In this document: piece by piece, positions 1 through 12,612 of the stretch
Numbering within the stretch: position 1 is the stretch's first letter
Layout of the letters: every line of letters begins with the position of its first letter
Source of the DNA: Octopus vulgaris
Lineage: Eukaryota
Length of the DNA stretch: 64,000 nucleotides
Assembly: GCA_951406725.2 (NCBI GenBank)
Contig: OX597816.1
Coordinates: 54,994,001 to 55,058,000, forward strand
Direction of reading: 5' to 3'
Notes under the pieces: model-generated
What the model was told of the DNA's origin: nothing
Databases searched by the model: none
What the model saw: the letters and a program-made list of their open reading frames with translations, nothing else
Position numbers and translations under genes: made by a program

Positions 1-93
1 CTGTTTTCTTACAATATGTTGCCTGAGATACACCAGCACATTATATATACAATATGCATATTTATGTATGTATGTATGTATCTCTCTACCCCC

Positions 94-128
<35 letters not shown>

Positions 129-197
129 AAGAGAGAGAAAGAGAGAGAGAAAGAGTGTGTGTTTTGGAAATTCTTTGATACAGTTATAATATTTGGA

Positions 198-520
198 GGA
201 AAGATTTTTTGTCAAAGAGTTAAGATCGAGAAAAGAACCTTTTTAGAAAGTCGAAAGACACTAGCCTTTGGGAAGAGATTTCGCAAAATGTGCGTGGGCT
301 TTGCTTTTATAGATGTTCAAGCGCTTTTAGTTCTTAAAGTTTTCAAGCACGTATTATTATATATAATAGCACATGGTTGAAAACTTTAAGAACTGAAAGC
401 GCTTACACGTCTATAAAAGCAAAGCCCACACACATGTGAAATCTCTTCCCAAAGGCTAGTGTATTTCGACTTTCTAAAAACGTGCTTTTCTGAATATTAA
501 CTCTGAGAAAAAATCTTCCC
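198..520. mobile_element. Palindromic (foldback/MITE-like) element
   Basis: ~150-bp imperfect inverted arms centred near 361, e.g. CACTAGCCTTTGGGAAGAGATTTC / GAAATCTCTTCCCAAAGGCTAGTG. Confidence 0.75.
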
Positions 521-569
<49 letters not shown>

Positions 570-765
570 TATTTTTATATAAGCTTAAATCTTATGGTGA
601 TCACCGTGCAATGACTAAGGAAAATAGTCTAATAAAGGGACATATAGGACCTCGACAGAAAGGAAAGCCTTCTTTAAGCTTATATAGAAATGCTATTATC
701 ATTATTTACAGGATACGGCACGTTATAATAAAACCATTCGCACCGAAATATATATATCTATATCT

Positions 766-847
766 GGTAGCGTGGCCGAGCGGTCTAAGGCGATGGTTTA
801 AGGCACCAGTGTCTTCGGAGTCGTGGTTTCGCATCGCACCTCTACCA
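766..847 (+). pseudogene. tRNA-Leu(AAG) pseudogene
   Basis: GGTAGCGTGGCCGAGCGGTCTAAGGCG..TTAAGGC..CCA, 82 nt with long variable arm; T-arm/B-box damaged (GTTTCGCATCG); T-run follows. Confidence 0.85.
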
Positions 848-980
848 TGGGATATTTTTATAGGCGCTGGAGTGGCAGAATATATACTAGGCTTACAAAA
901 AGTACGTCCTAGGGTCGATTTGTTCGACTAAAGGCGGTGCCTCAGCATGGCCGCAGTCAAACGAGTGAAACAAGTAAAAT

Positions 981-1047
<67 letters not shown>

Positions 1048-1101
1048 GTATATGTATATATATGTATTAAATGAAATAAAAAACAGAACACAAAGGATTT
1101 C

Positions 1102-1193
1102 GCGGTACACATGCTTCGAGCTTTATAAAATAACTTATTCTTACATCAATGTATAATCGACATAACAGATAGTTTAAAGCCCTCTTCAGCCGC
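1102..1193 (-). ncRNA. Type I hammerhead ribozyme-like motif, one core change
   Basis: GCGG-CTGAAGA-GGGCTTTA...TAAAGCTC-GAAG-CATGTG-TA-CCGC; sister half-copy at 48639-48666 has canonical GAAAC-ACGT-GTA-CCGC. Confidence 0.7.
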
Positions 1194-1957
1194 ATGTAAT
1201 TGATACACCAAAGACTTGTATCACATTATGAAAGGTTTGAGGAAGAACATTTGGTATTATTTATAATGGTAGGTAAACTGAGTACCACTGAGAAAGTATG
1301 TTTGTAAATTTTCATAATCAAATAGGTGTACAGGGTATTATTGGACTCCAAAAATCCGTCCATACCGTTTTCTCACTCAATATATATATATATATATACA
1401 TATCACCGTGATCACCATGACCGACCAGGCTATCAGATGCTGCTACACATCGGTGGTCACAATGCGCTTTGCATTGTATTAGCCTTCGAATGACGCCATC
1501 CCGCTGGCTAAGCGAGCAGGCCATAAAAATTATTAAGGTGGTCATTCGCTATTTACAGGCAAAAGACAAGTATAGCCGTCACTAGAATGACAGAGGGTGC
1601 TAATAAGCACAATAATTGCTAGAAATAAGAGTCAAAACAACTCTTAGCCACATGAGAGTACATTTCTGACGGTTGACAAGGGAGACAAACTCTCTACGGC
1701 AAGCGAATGGAGTCATATCAACGACCATTTCAGATTTGATGAATTCTCATCAGTGACCCATTACTTCGTCACGTTGTCAGTCTTATAGAGAATCCCATAG
1801 GAAACACTGACTGATTCCGTATATTTATATTTATATTTATATTTATATTTATATATATTTATATTTATATATGTCTTTCAACATGTGATCTCTTAAGCAC
1901 CACCAGCTCAAATATTGTCTCCTCTGTCTTCCCTCCTTGGGATCTTTCCTTCTCCTT

Positions 1958-1992
1958 GTTTCCGACGAAGAGCTCCGCTCGAAACGTTAAAC
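1958..1992 (+). ncRNA. Minimal hammerhead-like motif (U4C variant) in a Penelope-like relic
   Basis: GTTT-CCGACGA-A-GAGC-TCC-GCTC-GAAA-CG-TT-AAAC. Confidence 0.6.
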
Positions 1993-2100
1993 CCTTCTTC
2001 CCTTCTTTCCTGAGCGTCAATAATACTTTAATTGTTCTACGTCCTGCGTTGCTGTGTTTTTTTCTCTTTTTTTCCTTTTTTCTTGTTTGGATTAAACTTA

Positions 2101-2175
<75 letters not shown>

Positions 2176-2736
2176 GTGTTATGGGCATTTATAGGATATA
2201 ACCCTATATAAATTCAACTAACAGTTAAAAAATTGAGAAGAGATGTTAAAAGTTTTTATAAAGTTTTACTCCATGCATACAATCGTTTCAAATGATAATA
2301 CCAACATGTAAGAAATATGGAAAATTAAATTGATGATAATAACCACATCGCTGCACCATCTAGCTGAGTAACATCTAGTAGTAACATGAAACGATCTCTT
2401 TGATGTGGCGATTAACAAGTAGAAGGACCCGGTTTCACTCCAGTTATAATCTCAAAGCCGTAACATAGTACTGTTTGCTTGTAGTGTAAGATTAGTGCAT
2501 TTCTGAGAAAGTAATACTTACCTTTAGTACTCAATGGTTTTACACTGCTGTACATTACATTCAAATATATTATTCGTGGCTCTAGAGGTTGGGGTAGTGC
2601 AGGGAGTTTAACCTTTCCACCTCTGCACTACAGCCCAGGTGTCTCTCCAGGCCACTTCCTTGCTTTACAGTGTATGCACTCAACATTAATAAGCGAGTGC
2701 TGTGGAATACAGTTGATATTACATGCGTTCTCGCAG

Positions 2737-2777
<41 letters not shown>

Positions 2778-2949
2778 TGCAAATACATATGTTTGTGTAT
2801 GTTCATTTGTGTTGCTAGCTGACCTCTCACGCTTAGATATACCAAAATCTACCTATATCAAGTATCTTCTATAGTTTCATTCGTTATGTATTTGTCATTG
2901 TGCTGATAATGTTCTGATAACATGGAAGTGTAAACCTTTTGTTTGGATT

Positions 2950-2989
<40 letters not shown>

Positions 2990-3041
2990 CAATAATGAGA
3001 AGAAGAATAAAGATTATTACGAAGTTACATGGCATTACCTT

Positions 3042-3078
<37 letters not shown>

Positions 3079-3594
3079 CCATTGTATGATAATGTCCTGA
3101 TGAACATGGTATTGTAAACCTTTTGTTTGGATTTATAAAGGAGACGTCTGTGCACTCCTCAAACAGTCAGTACTCATTGCTTCGTACAATACCGGCTATG
3201 TTGTGGTTGATGTAGCTCAGCTGCTGCCATTGCTCTCCAGATGAAGAATTTGGGTATTTGGAGAAGATGGTTAAGAAATATTTATCTACTGCCGTCACTT
3301 TGACACATTGTTGCTTTCAGTTTTTTAATATTTCGAATAACAATAGGATGTGGAATGTTATAAAACTGAGCTGGGCGACGAATACGGCGTGTGAATAAAT
3401 TATGATAATTCTGGTATAAGAAATATATCTTATGTTTTTTGTCCTGTCGCTGTTAAAGGCTATCATTTTATACATAGACGCTCAATGCTCTGATTCACTA
3501 CAACGTTACTCGATATCTCCCGTTATATGCGATCTTTCATACACCTGTGGGATTTCATGTAGCTAGTAGGTACATAATACATTCCAGTACTCAC

Positions 3595-3738
3595 ATAAAA
3601 GGGTACACGACCTTTAGCTCTGTCTTCTTCAATAGCTTTCTTCAAATTGTCTCCTCTCATGGAACGTTTATCATCCATCTTTATATTTCGACACTTTACT
3701 AGAACTATCTTGCAAGCCTTAGCAAATGACGCGTGTGT
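3595..3738 (-). CDS. Gene B coding exon 5; gene continues beyond the left edge
   Basis: ttgcag|THASFAKACKIVLVKCRNIKMDDKRSMRGDNLKKAIEEDRAKGRVPFY|gtgagt; 144 nt; 28/48 identical to the equivalent gene A exon. Confidence 0.93.
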
Positions 3739-3815
3739 CTGCAAATTAAAAGGAAGTATTGAATATAGCATCGATGTATATATGCACATACTAAATGCAT
3801 GTAACATAACCTAGA

Positions 3816-3862
<47 letters not shown>

Positions 3863-4006
3863 AAAACAGGTTGCTTGACCGCATACCGAAAAAGCAGTCA
3901 AGAATGCTTATTTCTATCAAAGATAGAAATAAGCATTCTTTGATAGAAATAAGCATTCTTGACTGCTATTTCTATTTTTTCGGTATGCGGTCAAGCAACC
4001 TGTTTG
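3863..4006. repeat. Inverted repeat hairpin in the intron before gene B exon 5
   Basis: AAACAGGTTGCTTGACCGCATACCGAAAAA / TTTTTCGGTATGCGGTCAAGCAACCTGTTT. Confidence 0.85.
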
Positions 4007-4152
4007 CCTGTCCCTTTTTCTTATATACAATATATATACTGAACTTTACAGAAGTTCCTGCCGGTAATCGGCTATATTTACATACCGAATTCTACCAGTA
4101 AATAATTGGGTTTTTTTTAAAAGCCTTTATAGAAATTATTTACTCTTATTAT

Positions 4153-4209
<57 letters not shown>

Positions 4210-4417
4210 CAATAATAATAAGAAGAATAAAGATTATTACGAAGTTACATGGCATTACCTATAATTCTTTATATTGTAAATATTTTGTTTGGATTTATAA
4301 AAGAGATGTCTGTGCACTCCTCAAACAGTCAGTACTCATTGCTTTGTACAATACGGGCTATGTTGTGGTTGCCGTAGCTCAGCTGCTACTTTTTGAGATC
4401 TGGTTATAAGTTATATA

Positions 4418-4455
<38 letters not shown>

Positions 4456-4621
4456 TGTTATTTATGTATTGGTTTATGTCTATTACTGTTTGAGTTGCAT
4501 AATAGTGGTTTTATCTCTAATTTATATTTTATATATTTATACAGGGAAATTTGATTTAATACTAAATTGAATTTTTCCCTGTAAGTTTGGAGTTATACTC
4601 CCTAATATTACTATTATTATA

Positions 4622-4678
<57 letters not shown>

Positions 4679-5294
4679 TATATAATAATAATATTAGGGA
4701 GTATAACTCCAAACTTTCTCTCTTCTCTCTTACGCTCTTTCTCTCCTCCTCTCTCTCCTCACATACCCACCTTCCCCTCCCCACATAAGCCCGCCCACCC
4801 TTACACATTCCTACTCCACCTTCCCTATCCTTCCCATCCCCCATCCTATCCAACACACCCTCCCCCACATACCCTACCTCCACCCCCACCCTCAGCCTAC
4901 ACACAAACCCTAACTCTACCCAAACCCTCAGCCGAACCCACACCTCACCCGTGCTTTCCCCACTCTCGCCTCCCCCACCTCCCAATAACATCACACTACA
5001 CCACACTATACCATACAACATTGCACATCACATCACAACATACCACCCTCATACCCATCCCCACATTTTCACACCTACACATACATACACGCACACGTCC
5101 AGACCACCAGCCCTCTTTCACACGCACATACATACTCTCGTATACACACGCACCTTCGTGTTGGGGTGGTCATCTTTTCTTTGTTATCTCCCCTACTTTT
5201 CTTCTCGTGTGTGACCCTTCTGTCCGAGTCAGACGCCATGATAGATCGTTAGCCACTACACACATTTTTTGCTCTCCTTGTTTTTTCTGTGTCC

Positions 5295-5330
5295 CTTTCT
5301 GTAGAAGAGCGTAGGCTCGAAACGTAAAAG
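5295..5330 (+). ncRNA. Minimal hammerhead-like motif (A6U variant); second copy at 42996-43030
   Basis: CTTT-CTGTAGA-A-GAGC-GTAG-GCTC-GAAA-CG-TA-AAAG inside a repeat shared by ~5236-5415 and ~42939-43110. Confidence 0.55.
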
Positions 5331-5435
5331 ACTTTTTTCTATTCCTGAGCGTTATACTTACTAATATATCATTTTGTTTTGTACACCACCTGTCTTCGTC
5401 TTTTGTTTTGTTTTTTTCGTAAACTCTCCCTATAT

Positions 5436-5496
<61 letters not shown>

Positions 5497-5509
5497 CAGC
5501 TTAACATAC

Positions 5510-5582
5510 ACCTACCGCGTTTCAACTGCACTGATTAGTAACTGTTACCATTGCTATTAAATCGGTGTTGTTTCTTCAGGGT
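5510..5582 (-). ncRNA. Type I hammerhead ribozyme motif with intact core
   Basis: ACC-CTGAAGA-AACAACACCGATT...AATCAGTGCAGTT-GAAA-CGCGG-TA-GGT. Confidence 0.7.
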
Positions 5583-6089
5583 TTGCACTTAATACCCTTC
5601 AATTTGAAATTAAGAATCCATTTATAAAACATGTTTTGAAAGACTAATTGATAAATGTCATATTAATTTCTTTCCTCACATAAGGCAGCCAAATGGTGAT
5701 ATATTTTGGTCGTATATAACCTCTTCAGCAGAATATTCAACTCACCTAACTTACCGAACCAAAGATGAGATGATTTCAAAATAAACCTACAATATATTAT
5801 TACACTAACTTACATTTAAAATAGAGCGGACCAGCGCGTACGTCAAAAGTTCAACAGGATTCCTCTCATAAATACTATTGTCATTTACTGCTCTTCCGCC
5901 GCCTCTTCTTCCTTTGCGATTCTTTTCCTCTCACTGTGTATGTGTGTGTGTGGTGGTGTTGGTGGTGGTGGTGGTTCTTTTACTCATTGCCAGTCACCAA
6001 GCCAAGTGTATGCCAACTTCTATGCTTACATACTCTGTGTATTCCGTTTAGTCTCACTCTCATTTTTCTCTCTCTCTCTCTCTCTCTCT

Positions 6090-6129
<40 letters not shown>

Positions 6130-6170
6130 TATGTTCCAGCTAAGAGCTGCGGCCATGCTGATGCACAGCC

Positions 6171-6230
<60 letters not shown>

Positions 6231-6528
6231 GTTGGTACTTTTTTTTTCTTTCATACAATTGGCTGGACACCCTGTGTTGCCCAGAGAATTACGTATTGCT
6301 CTGGTGAACAAATTCATCCAAGTGTAAATTATCGTTGATAAATTTCAACACCGCTATCTTTGATGCCGGATCGACGGTACTGTGAGGTACATTTTGAATT
6401 TCTTGCATTTAAGTTCAAAATCTTTCGAGGTAAAATTACCTTTCATATTTTAGGGGCCGACAAATGAAATAACAGTCCAGTACTGAGGTCGAGTGTCCTC
6501 TGTACCTTTATCTCTCTCTGTCTGTCTA

Positions 6529-6568
<40 letters not shown>

Positions 6569-6764
6569 GGGGAATGAAATCAATCGAGTGCGTTCGGTTG
6601 TTCAGTGTTTCTAACTCATGAAACGTTATCAAGCAAGACCAGACAATTCTAACTTATACTATGATATGTAATTCTATACACACAGAGGTGAATGTCTCAT
6701 TAATTAATTATTATATATACTACTTACATTTCATTTACTATGTTTCAATATACTTACCTCTTCT

Positions 6765-6972
6765 AAGGCGGCGAGCTGGGAGAACCGTTAGCACGACCGA
6801 CGAAACCCTTAGCGGCATTTTGTCTGTATTTACGTTCTCAGTTCAAATTCCGCCGGGGTCGACTTTGCCTTTCGGGGTCGATAAATTAAGTACGAGTTGT
6901 ATACTGGGGTCGATCTAATCGATTGCCCCCCTCCCCCAAAAATTCGGGCCTTGTACCTAAAGTAGAAAAGAA
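6765..6972 (+). mobile_element. tRNA-derived SINE (family 1; other copies ~9500-9690 -, 13595-13715 -, 54945-55185 -, 60590-60800 +, 61420-61640 +, 63250-63485 +)
   Basis: GGCGGCGAGCTGG..GTTAGC head, GTTCAAATTCC B-box-like, GTCGACTTTGCCTTTC..GGGGTCGATAAATTAAGTAC body repeated across the window. Confidence 0.8.
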
Positions 6973-6982
6973 CTATACTTAC

Positions 6983-7117
6983 CTCTTCTGATTTATAAGC
7001 AATTAATTTTGTAACAGCTATCGCATCCTCCATTTCGTTATTTTCTGTTTTTATTTTCTTTATGGAAGCAGTTCTGGCAGCGAATAGACTCAGTAACATA
7101 CACTCAGTAGACGAATT
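6983..7117 (-). CDS. Gene B coding exon 4
   Basis: tactag|NSSTECMLLSLFAARTASIKKIKTENNEMEDAIAVTKLIAYKSEE|gtaagt; 135 nt. Confidence 0.92.
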
Positions 7118-7212
7118 CTAGTAACAAATATTGTACACCACCGGATTAGTTTAGTTAAAATTTATTTTCTTTTAAGTATTATTTTATGGTCTTAATTGAT
7201 AACACTTTGTAG

Positions 7213-7509
7213 ACAATTGCAGCGTGGAAGGTGTTTGTAAGCCATTTAAGAAACACACAAAAACCGTTCGATTCACTTCAACATTTAAGTTTAATTTGTC
7301 AAAATATTTTCGTCGCTAAAATCCGCGACCTGTTCACTGAAAAATCCGTACTGCATCACGGATGATGCAGCACGGATTTTTGTCAGTGAACAGGTCGCGG
7401 ATTTTAGCGACAAAATATTTTGACAAATTAAACTTAAATGTTGAAGTGAATCGAACGGTTTTTGTGTGTTTCTTAAATGGCTTACAAACACCTTCCACGC
7501 TGCAATTGT
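7213..7509. repeat. Near-perfect ~145-bp-arm palindrome containing a hammerhead-like motif in each arm
   Basis: ACAATTGCAGCGTGGAAGG...CCTTCCACGCTGCAATTGT; centre near 7360. Confidence 0.9.
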
Positions 7510-8008
7510 TTTTGTTCCAGCACACGATCTCAGATCAAATCACTTGCTATGCGAGTACATCTCCGTAAGTTTGTAGACAACAAAACAGATAATGACAATG
7601 TTACATAAAAAGATATTTATACTAAATTCTTACCCGTCATATAACAGCTAACTTTGAAGTATACTTTTGCCATCATGACTCATAGCAGGAAATATAGAAC
7701 ACAGGCAATAGTTATATTGTGCCGTTTATCGGAAGGAATATTAATTTGTAATTTTTAACAGAAAAGTATTTATCACACGAAAATAAAATTACATAAATCA
7801 AATTCCTTGTTTTTAAACCTCCTCTCATAAATACTCTTGTCATTTACTGCTCTTCCGCCGCCTCTTCTCCCTTTCTCTCACTGTGTATGTGTGTGTGGTG
7901 GTGGTGTTAGAGGGGCTACATTCTTTTACTCATTGCCAGTCACCAAGCCAAGTGTATGCCAACTTCTATGCTTGCATACTCTGTGTATTCCAATTAGTCT
8001 CACTGTCG

Positions 8009-8084
<76 letters not shown>

Positions 8085-8086
<2 letters not shown>

Positions 8087-8255
8087 CGCAGGAGTGGCTG
8101 TGTGGTAAGTAGCTTGCTAACCAACCACATAGTTCCGGGTTCAGTCCCACTGCGTGGCATCTTGGGCAAGTGTCTTCTGCTATAGCCCCGGGCCGACCAA
8201 TGCCTTGTGAGTGGATTTGGTAGGCGGAAACTGAAAAAATCCTGTCGTATATATG

Positions 8256-8302
<47 letters not shown>

Positions 8303-8540
8303 CTGTGTGTCTGTGTATGTGTGTTTGTGTGTCTGTGTTTGTCCCCCTAGCATTGCTTGACAACCGATGCTGGTGTGTTTACGTCCCCGTCACTTAGCGG
8401 TTCGGCATAAGAGACCGATAGAATAAGTACTGGGCTTACAAAGAATAAGTTCCGGGGTCGATTTGCTCGACTAAAGGCGGTGCTCCAGCATGGCCGCAGT
8501 CAAATGTCTGAAACATGTAAAAGAGTAAAAGCGAGTAAAG
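8085..8540 (+). mobile_element. tRNA-derived SINE (family 2; other copies ~9335-9480 -, 14090-14280 -, 22145-22470 -, 59530-59935 +)
   Basis: GCAGGAGTGGCTGTGTGGTAAG..GGGTTCAGTCCC head, internal (TG)n, CTCGACTAAAGGCGGTGCTCCAGCATGGCCGCAGTC tail. Confidence 0.82.
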
Positions 8541-8578
8541 AGTATATATATATATATACACACATATATATGTCGTAC

Positions 8579-8698
8579 CTGGATTACACCTCCTCCATCT
8601 CCTTCAGAAGTAGACAAGAAGAATTTCGGCAGTTTTAGAGCCTTTGCCAACCAGTCTAAAACGATGACTTCTAGTTCAGTGGCTACAGGAAAGGATTT
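8579..8698 (-). CDS. Gene B coding exon 3
   Basis: tttcag|[40 protein letters not shown]|gtacga; 120 nt; TELE..DWL and GGGVIQ motifs. Confidence 0.93.
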
Positions 8699-10689
8699 CT
8701 GAAATATAACGCCACAGTTAATCTATTTATAACATTGATTGATAGATATTTCAAAATTTACATTAATATATATTAAAGTTCCCTTTCAATAAAATTTCAT
8801 AAACATATAGAAATATCTTTAGAAAATCTGTTGTTTATCGAGTTAACTTGAAATACATTCTGTCATATATTCTTTAATTCAAAGAGAAACTAGATTTGAA
8901 CCTCGAGAAATGACAGTCTCCCATTGTTGGCAAGAAGCAGTTATAGTACCTTAAAAAGGATACAAGTGTGACCCGTGGAAATTGCACAGAACGAAAATGA
9001 TTGAGAAGCTATTTACGAAAGAAAGGATAATTTGCATTTTTACTTTGCTAAGTTATTTCACGTCCAGTTACACATACATACATACATACATACATACATA
9101 CATACATACATACATACATACATACATAAATACACGTGTGAGTGTGGTCAGTAGTGTTCATATAGCCGAAGATGAAGCGCTGTCTAAAACATTAGAGCGG
9201 TAATATATTGTTTTAGAAAGTTGACTGTTACGGCCGGTCAGAGGCTGACAATTGGTTTTGCACCTATAAAGCGCGCGTAGACGTATAACAATCAACTTCC
9301 TCACACACACATACACACACACACACATGTATATATTACGACGATCTTCTTTCAGTTTCCGTCTACCAAATCCACTCAAAAGGCTTTGGTCGGCCCGAGG
9401 CTATATATATAGCAGAAGACACTTGCCCATGGTGCCACGCAATGAAACTGAACCCGTAACCATGTGGTTGGGAAGGAAGCTTCTTAATACATATATATTC
9501 TATTCTATACTTGGCACAAGGCCCGAAATTTTTAAGGAGGGGGTGCCAGTCGATTAGACGACCCCAGTACGCAACTGGTATTTAATTTATCGATCACGAA
9601 AGGATGAAAGGCAAAGTCAACCTCTGCGGAATTTGAATTCAGAACGTATTGACAGGTGGAATACCGCTAAGCATTTCACCGCCTTCCTATTAATATATAT
9701 TGTTTTATTAGTTAATAATATATGTTAATATAGTTAATATATATTAGTTAATAATATATGATTAATATTTTTGTATTGTAATTGTTAAATTGATGTTATA
9801 GTCTTAAAATAATTTTAAGAACAACAATACAACATTTAGTGGTGAGATGTATGACTCAATACAAGGGGTAAAATCAATTGCGTACTGAATGAAGCTTCTT
9901 CTGGCGGTTGATACCCCTAGCTTGGTTGTCGAAGCCTGAAGCGAAACATAAAAGCCCTGTCAGCACAGATGCTACATTATATTTTAGTTTCGTCTTATTT
10001 TCAAGAGATGGATCATGCTCTCTATAATATCACCCCATCCCGCACCTAAAATCACTCAGACTAAGCAACGGAAAAACAAGTGACCCTTATTGAATGAACT
10101 TTAAATTTTGGGGTTACCCTATATCAGTGGAAAATATCGAATTGACAGGGAATATGTGATCAGTCAACGGCAGGTTGCATCACTGCGTGTAACAGGTAAA
10201 TTATAATAAACAGATGTTAAAAATTGTAAACCATGGACTCTTCGGCAAGAGAGCCTCATATTCTTATTCACTAAACATTTTCCCGCAACACACACACTTT
10301 TTGAACGATTGAGAAAATTGCAACATTACTGATTATTAATTTCTAACATAGACGCAAGACTAACTTTCGGAATGGAACACGAACTCTGTTGTTAATTGTC
10401 CTTTCATTTAGCGACCCTCGGAGATATGATAAACAACGTTGACTGCGGAGAGACTTGAATTCATATATTTGAGGCAATAAGATTTCTTTAGTGAAATGGG
10501 AACTTCATATAAACACATGAAGTTCCTATACATGTAATAACTTTGATAACTTTCGGCTACAGGTGAAGTCTTTTAGTCATATATGGGATACCATGGCCCA
10601 CCTAACAAAGAGTTATCATTGCTGGAGACATATCCGGGTGTAGGGGGTTGGCCCGGGATTTTTTTGAGAACTTTGTCCAGAGAACTTTT

Positions 10690-11400
10690 GAATTTTATGG
10701 GAACCGTTTCCATTTTGACGTAATTTGGCATGGTATTAAGGAGAGACGGACCAGTTGAGGTAAAGTAGTTGTGTAGTAATGTTGCTATGTTTTAAGTTCG
10801 ATTTTTGTAGTAGGCAGTTAGCACGGGGGCCAAGTCTTAGGTAGATTTTAAAATTGATGCCAACATCATTTGTGCAATATTGATGGAATATTTTCCACAT
10901 CACATAAATGATGTAGCGTTCCCAGCGGCGTTGGAGAGAGTAAAGAATGAGTTTTTTTTTTAGACGACCCCAATAGTCAATGCCTGTCATGCCGACTATC
11001 TTTCTTGTTATTGACCTCTGGAACGTTTCGACTTTTATAATGAATTGCTTCGTGTGAGTAGGCTACAGTGGGCAACAGTATTCAAGGTGGGGCTGGGAAA
11101 AAGTAGAGTAGAGAAGGGTAGTGGTGTGAGTATCTTTGGACCGGAAAGTTCTCAGAATTCAGGAGTACATCTTGCGGTTTACACATTTTTAATAATTCAG
11201 TTGTATTTAAATCAGATTCTCAAAGAAACATCAGATTTGGAAAGTGTATGTTGTTAAAATTTGAACTTTCATGTCATAGCTAATGCGGCAACCATCGGTG
11301 ATATCATTAATTGAGCAAAAATTGAACTCGTAAAAGCAGTCTGAATAATTAAACACACAAAAGTGATGTAATTGGTTGAAAATGCTGAAGTAAAGTTAAG
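10690..11400 (-). mobile_element. Decayed CR1-like LINE 3' fragment
   Basis: DYWGRLKK..YSLQRRWERYIIYVMWKI, homologous to the C-terminus of the 40972 ORF. Confidence 0.7.
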
Positions 11401-11679
11401 AGGTGTGCATGGAAAGAGTTCTTCAGACAAGTATGACAATAGAAGAGAATAGGTAGAACAGTAGAAAAGTTACTGTAATTAGTGTATTATAAAAGATTAT
11501 AACGAGTTACGTAGAATGGCTAGTGGGTAGATATATACAAAGTTAGTGGGCGGTCACATGCACTGTTTTGTGGCTAGTTGTATAAAATAGAGTGTGAGTT
11601 TAAACAATATTTAATACATCGTTACATTTTTCAAAACTAGTCAACAACGCATTTGCTCGGTGATAATGTATTATTTCAT

Positions 11680-12035
11680 TATATTTTAGAAGACCTCAAA
11701 AAAATGTAAGAACAACAGACCTGATATAATGATTTGGGATAGAGAAGAGAAACTGTGCACAGTTGTGGAAATTAGCTGCCCACTGGATGTTAACATAAAG
11801 CTGAAGACCAGTGAAAAAGAGAGAAATCTGCAGTTACTCTATCCAGATTAGAAGTTCAGGTTTATACCTGTAATCATTAGAGCCCGTGGATATGTAACAC
11901 ACTGCCTAAATACCAGTCTTGAGAAATTAGGCTTCTAAAAACCAGAAAGGAGAAAGCTAATTCGAAGACTGGAGATCTAATCTATCACTGGAACTGTAAA
12001 AATATGTATAACTTTCCCGAATTTTATCATTTAAA
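11680..12035 (+). mobile_element. RLE-type non-LTR retrotransposon 3' fragment
   Basis: NNRPDIMIWDREEKLCTVVEISCP, PD-(D/E)xK endonuclease-like. Confidence 0.65.
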
Positions 12036-12612
12036 TATATACGAACATGTCTAGATATTCAGCTATATGCATGACAAAACATACAAATCTGCTCATACAT
12101 ACATACATAAATACATACATACTTACATACATACGTATATACATACATACATACAAACATACATACATACGTATATACATACATGCATACATATTTACAT
12201 ACATATATACACACGAAAATACCGTTGTTGATGTTGAAATTTCAATGAAGGGACATTGGATCTTGGTTAGTAACCGGTTCTTTCTCTATTGGCAAGAAAT
12301 CTTGAAATAAACTGAATAATGGCATACATACATACCTACCTACATACATACATACATACATACATACATACATACATACATAATACATACATACATACAT
12401 ACAAACATACATACATACATGCATACATACATACATAGATACATACATACGTTCGTACATGCATACATGCAAACATATATATGTACGTATGTGTATATTC
12501 ACACATATTCAAACACAAACACATACACACATATATGCAGGCATACCAATTACTAAAATATGTCATTGCAATTTCTACCATGTAAGCAGAGCGAATGCAG
12601 TGTATGACTTAC

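Larger units (their letters stand above)
2983..4388 (+). repeat. Direct repeat pair (~2983-3225 and ~4203-4388) flanking gene B exon 5
   Basis: Shared AAGAAGAATAAAGATTATTACGAAGTTACATGGCATTACC and GTCTGTGCACTCCTCAAACAGTCAGTACTCATTGC. Confidence 0.85.
5861..8050 (+). repeat. Direct repeat pair (~5861-6090 and ~7821-8050) flanking gene B exon 4
   Basis: Shared TTGTCATTTACTGCTCTTCCGCCGCCTCTTC and TTCTTTTACTCATTGCCAGTCACCAAGCCAAGTGTATGCCAACTTCTATGC. Confidence 0.85.

Noticed and set aside
7630-7705. Possible duplicate of gene B exon 4 ending in gtaaga
   Set aside because: Only a few similar residues, an in-frame stop and no acceptor
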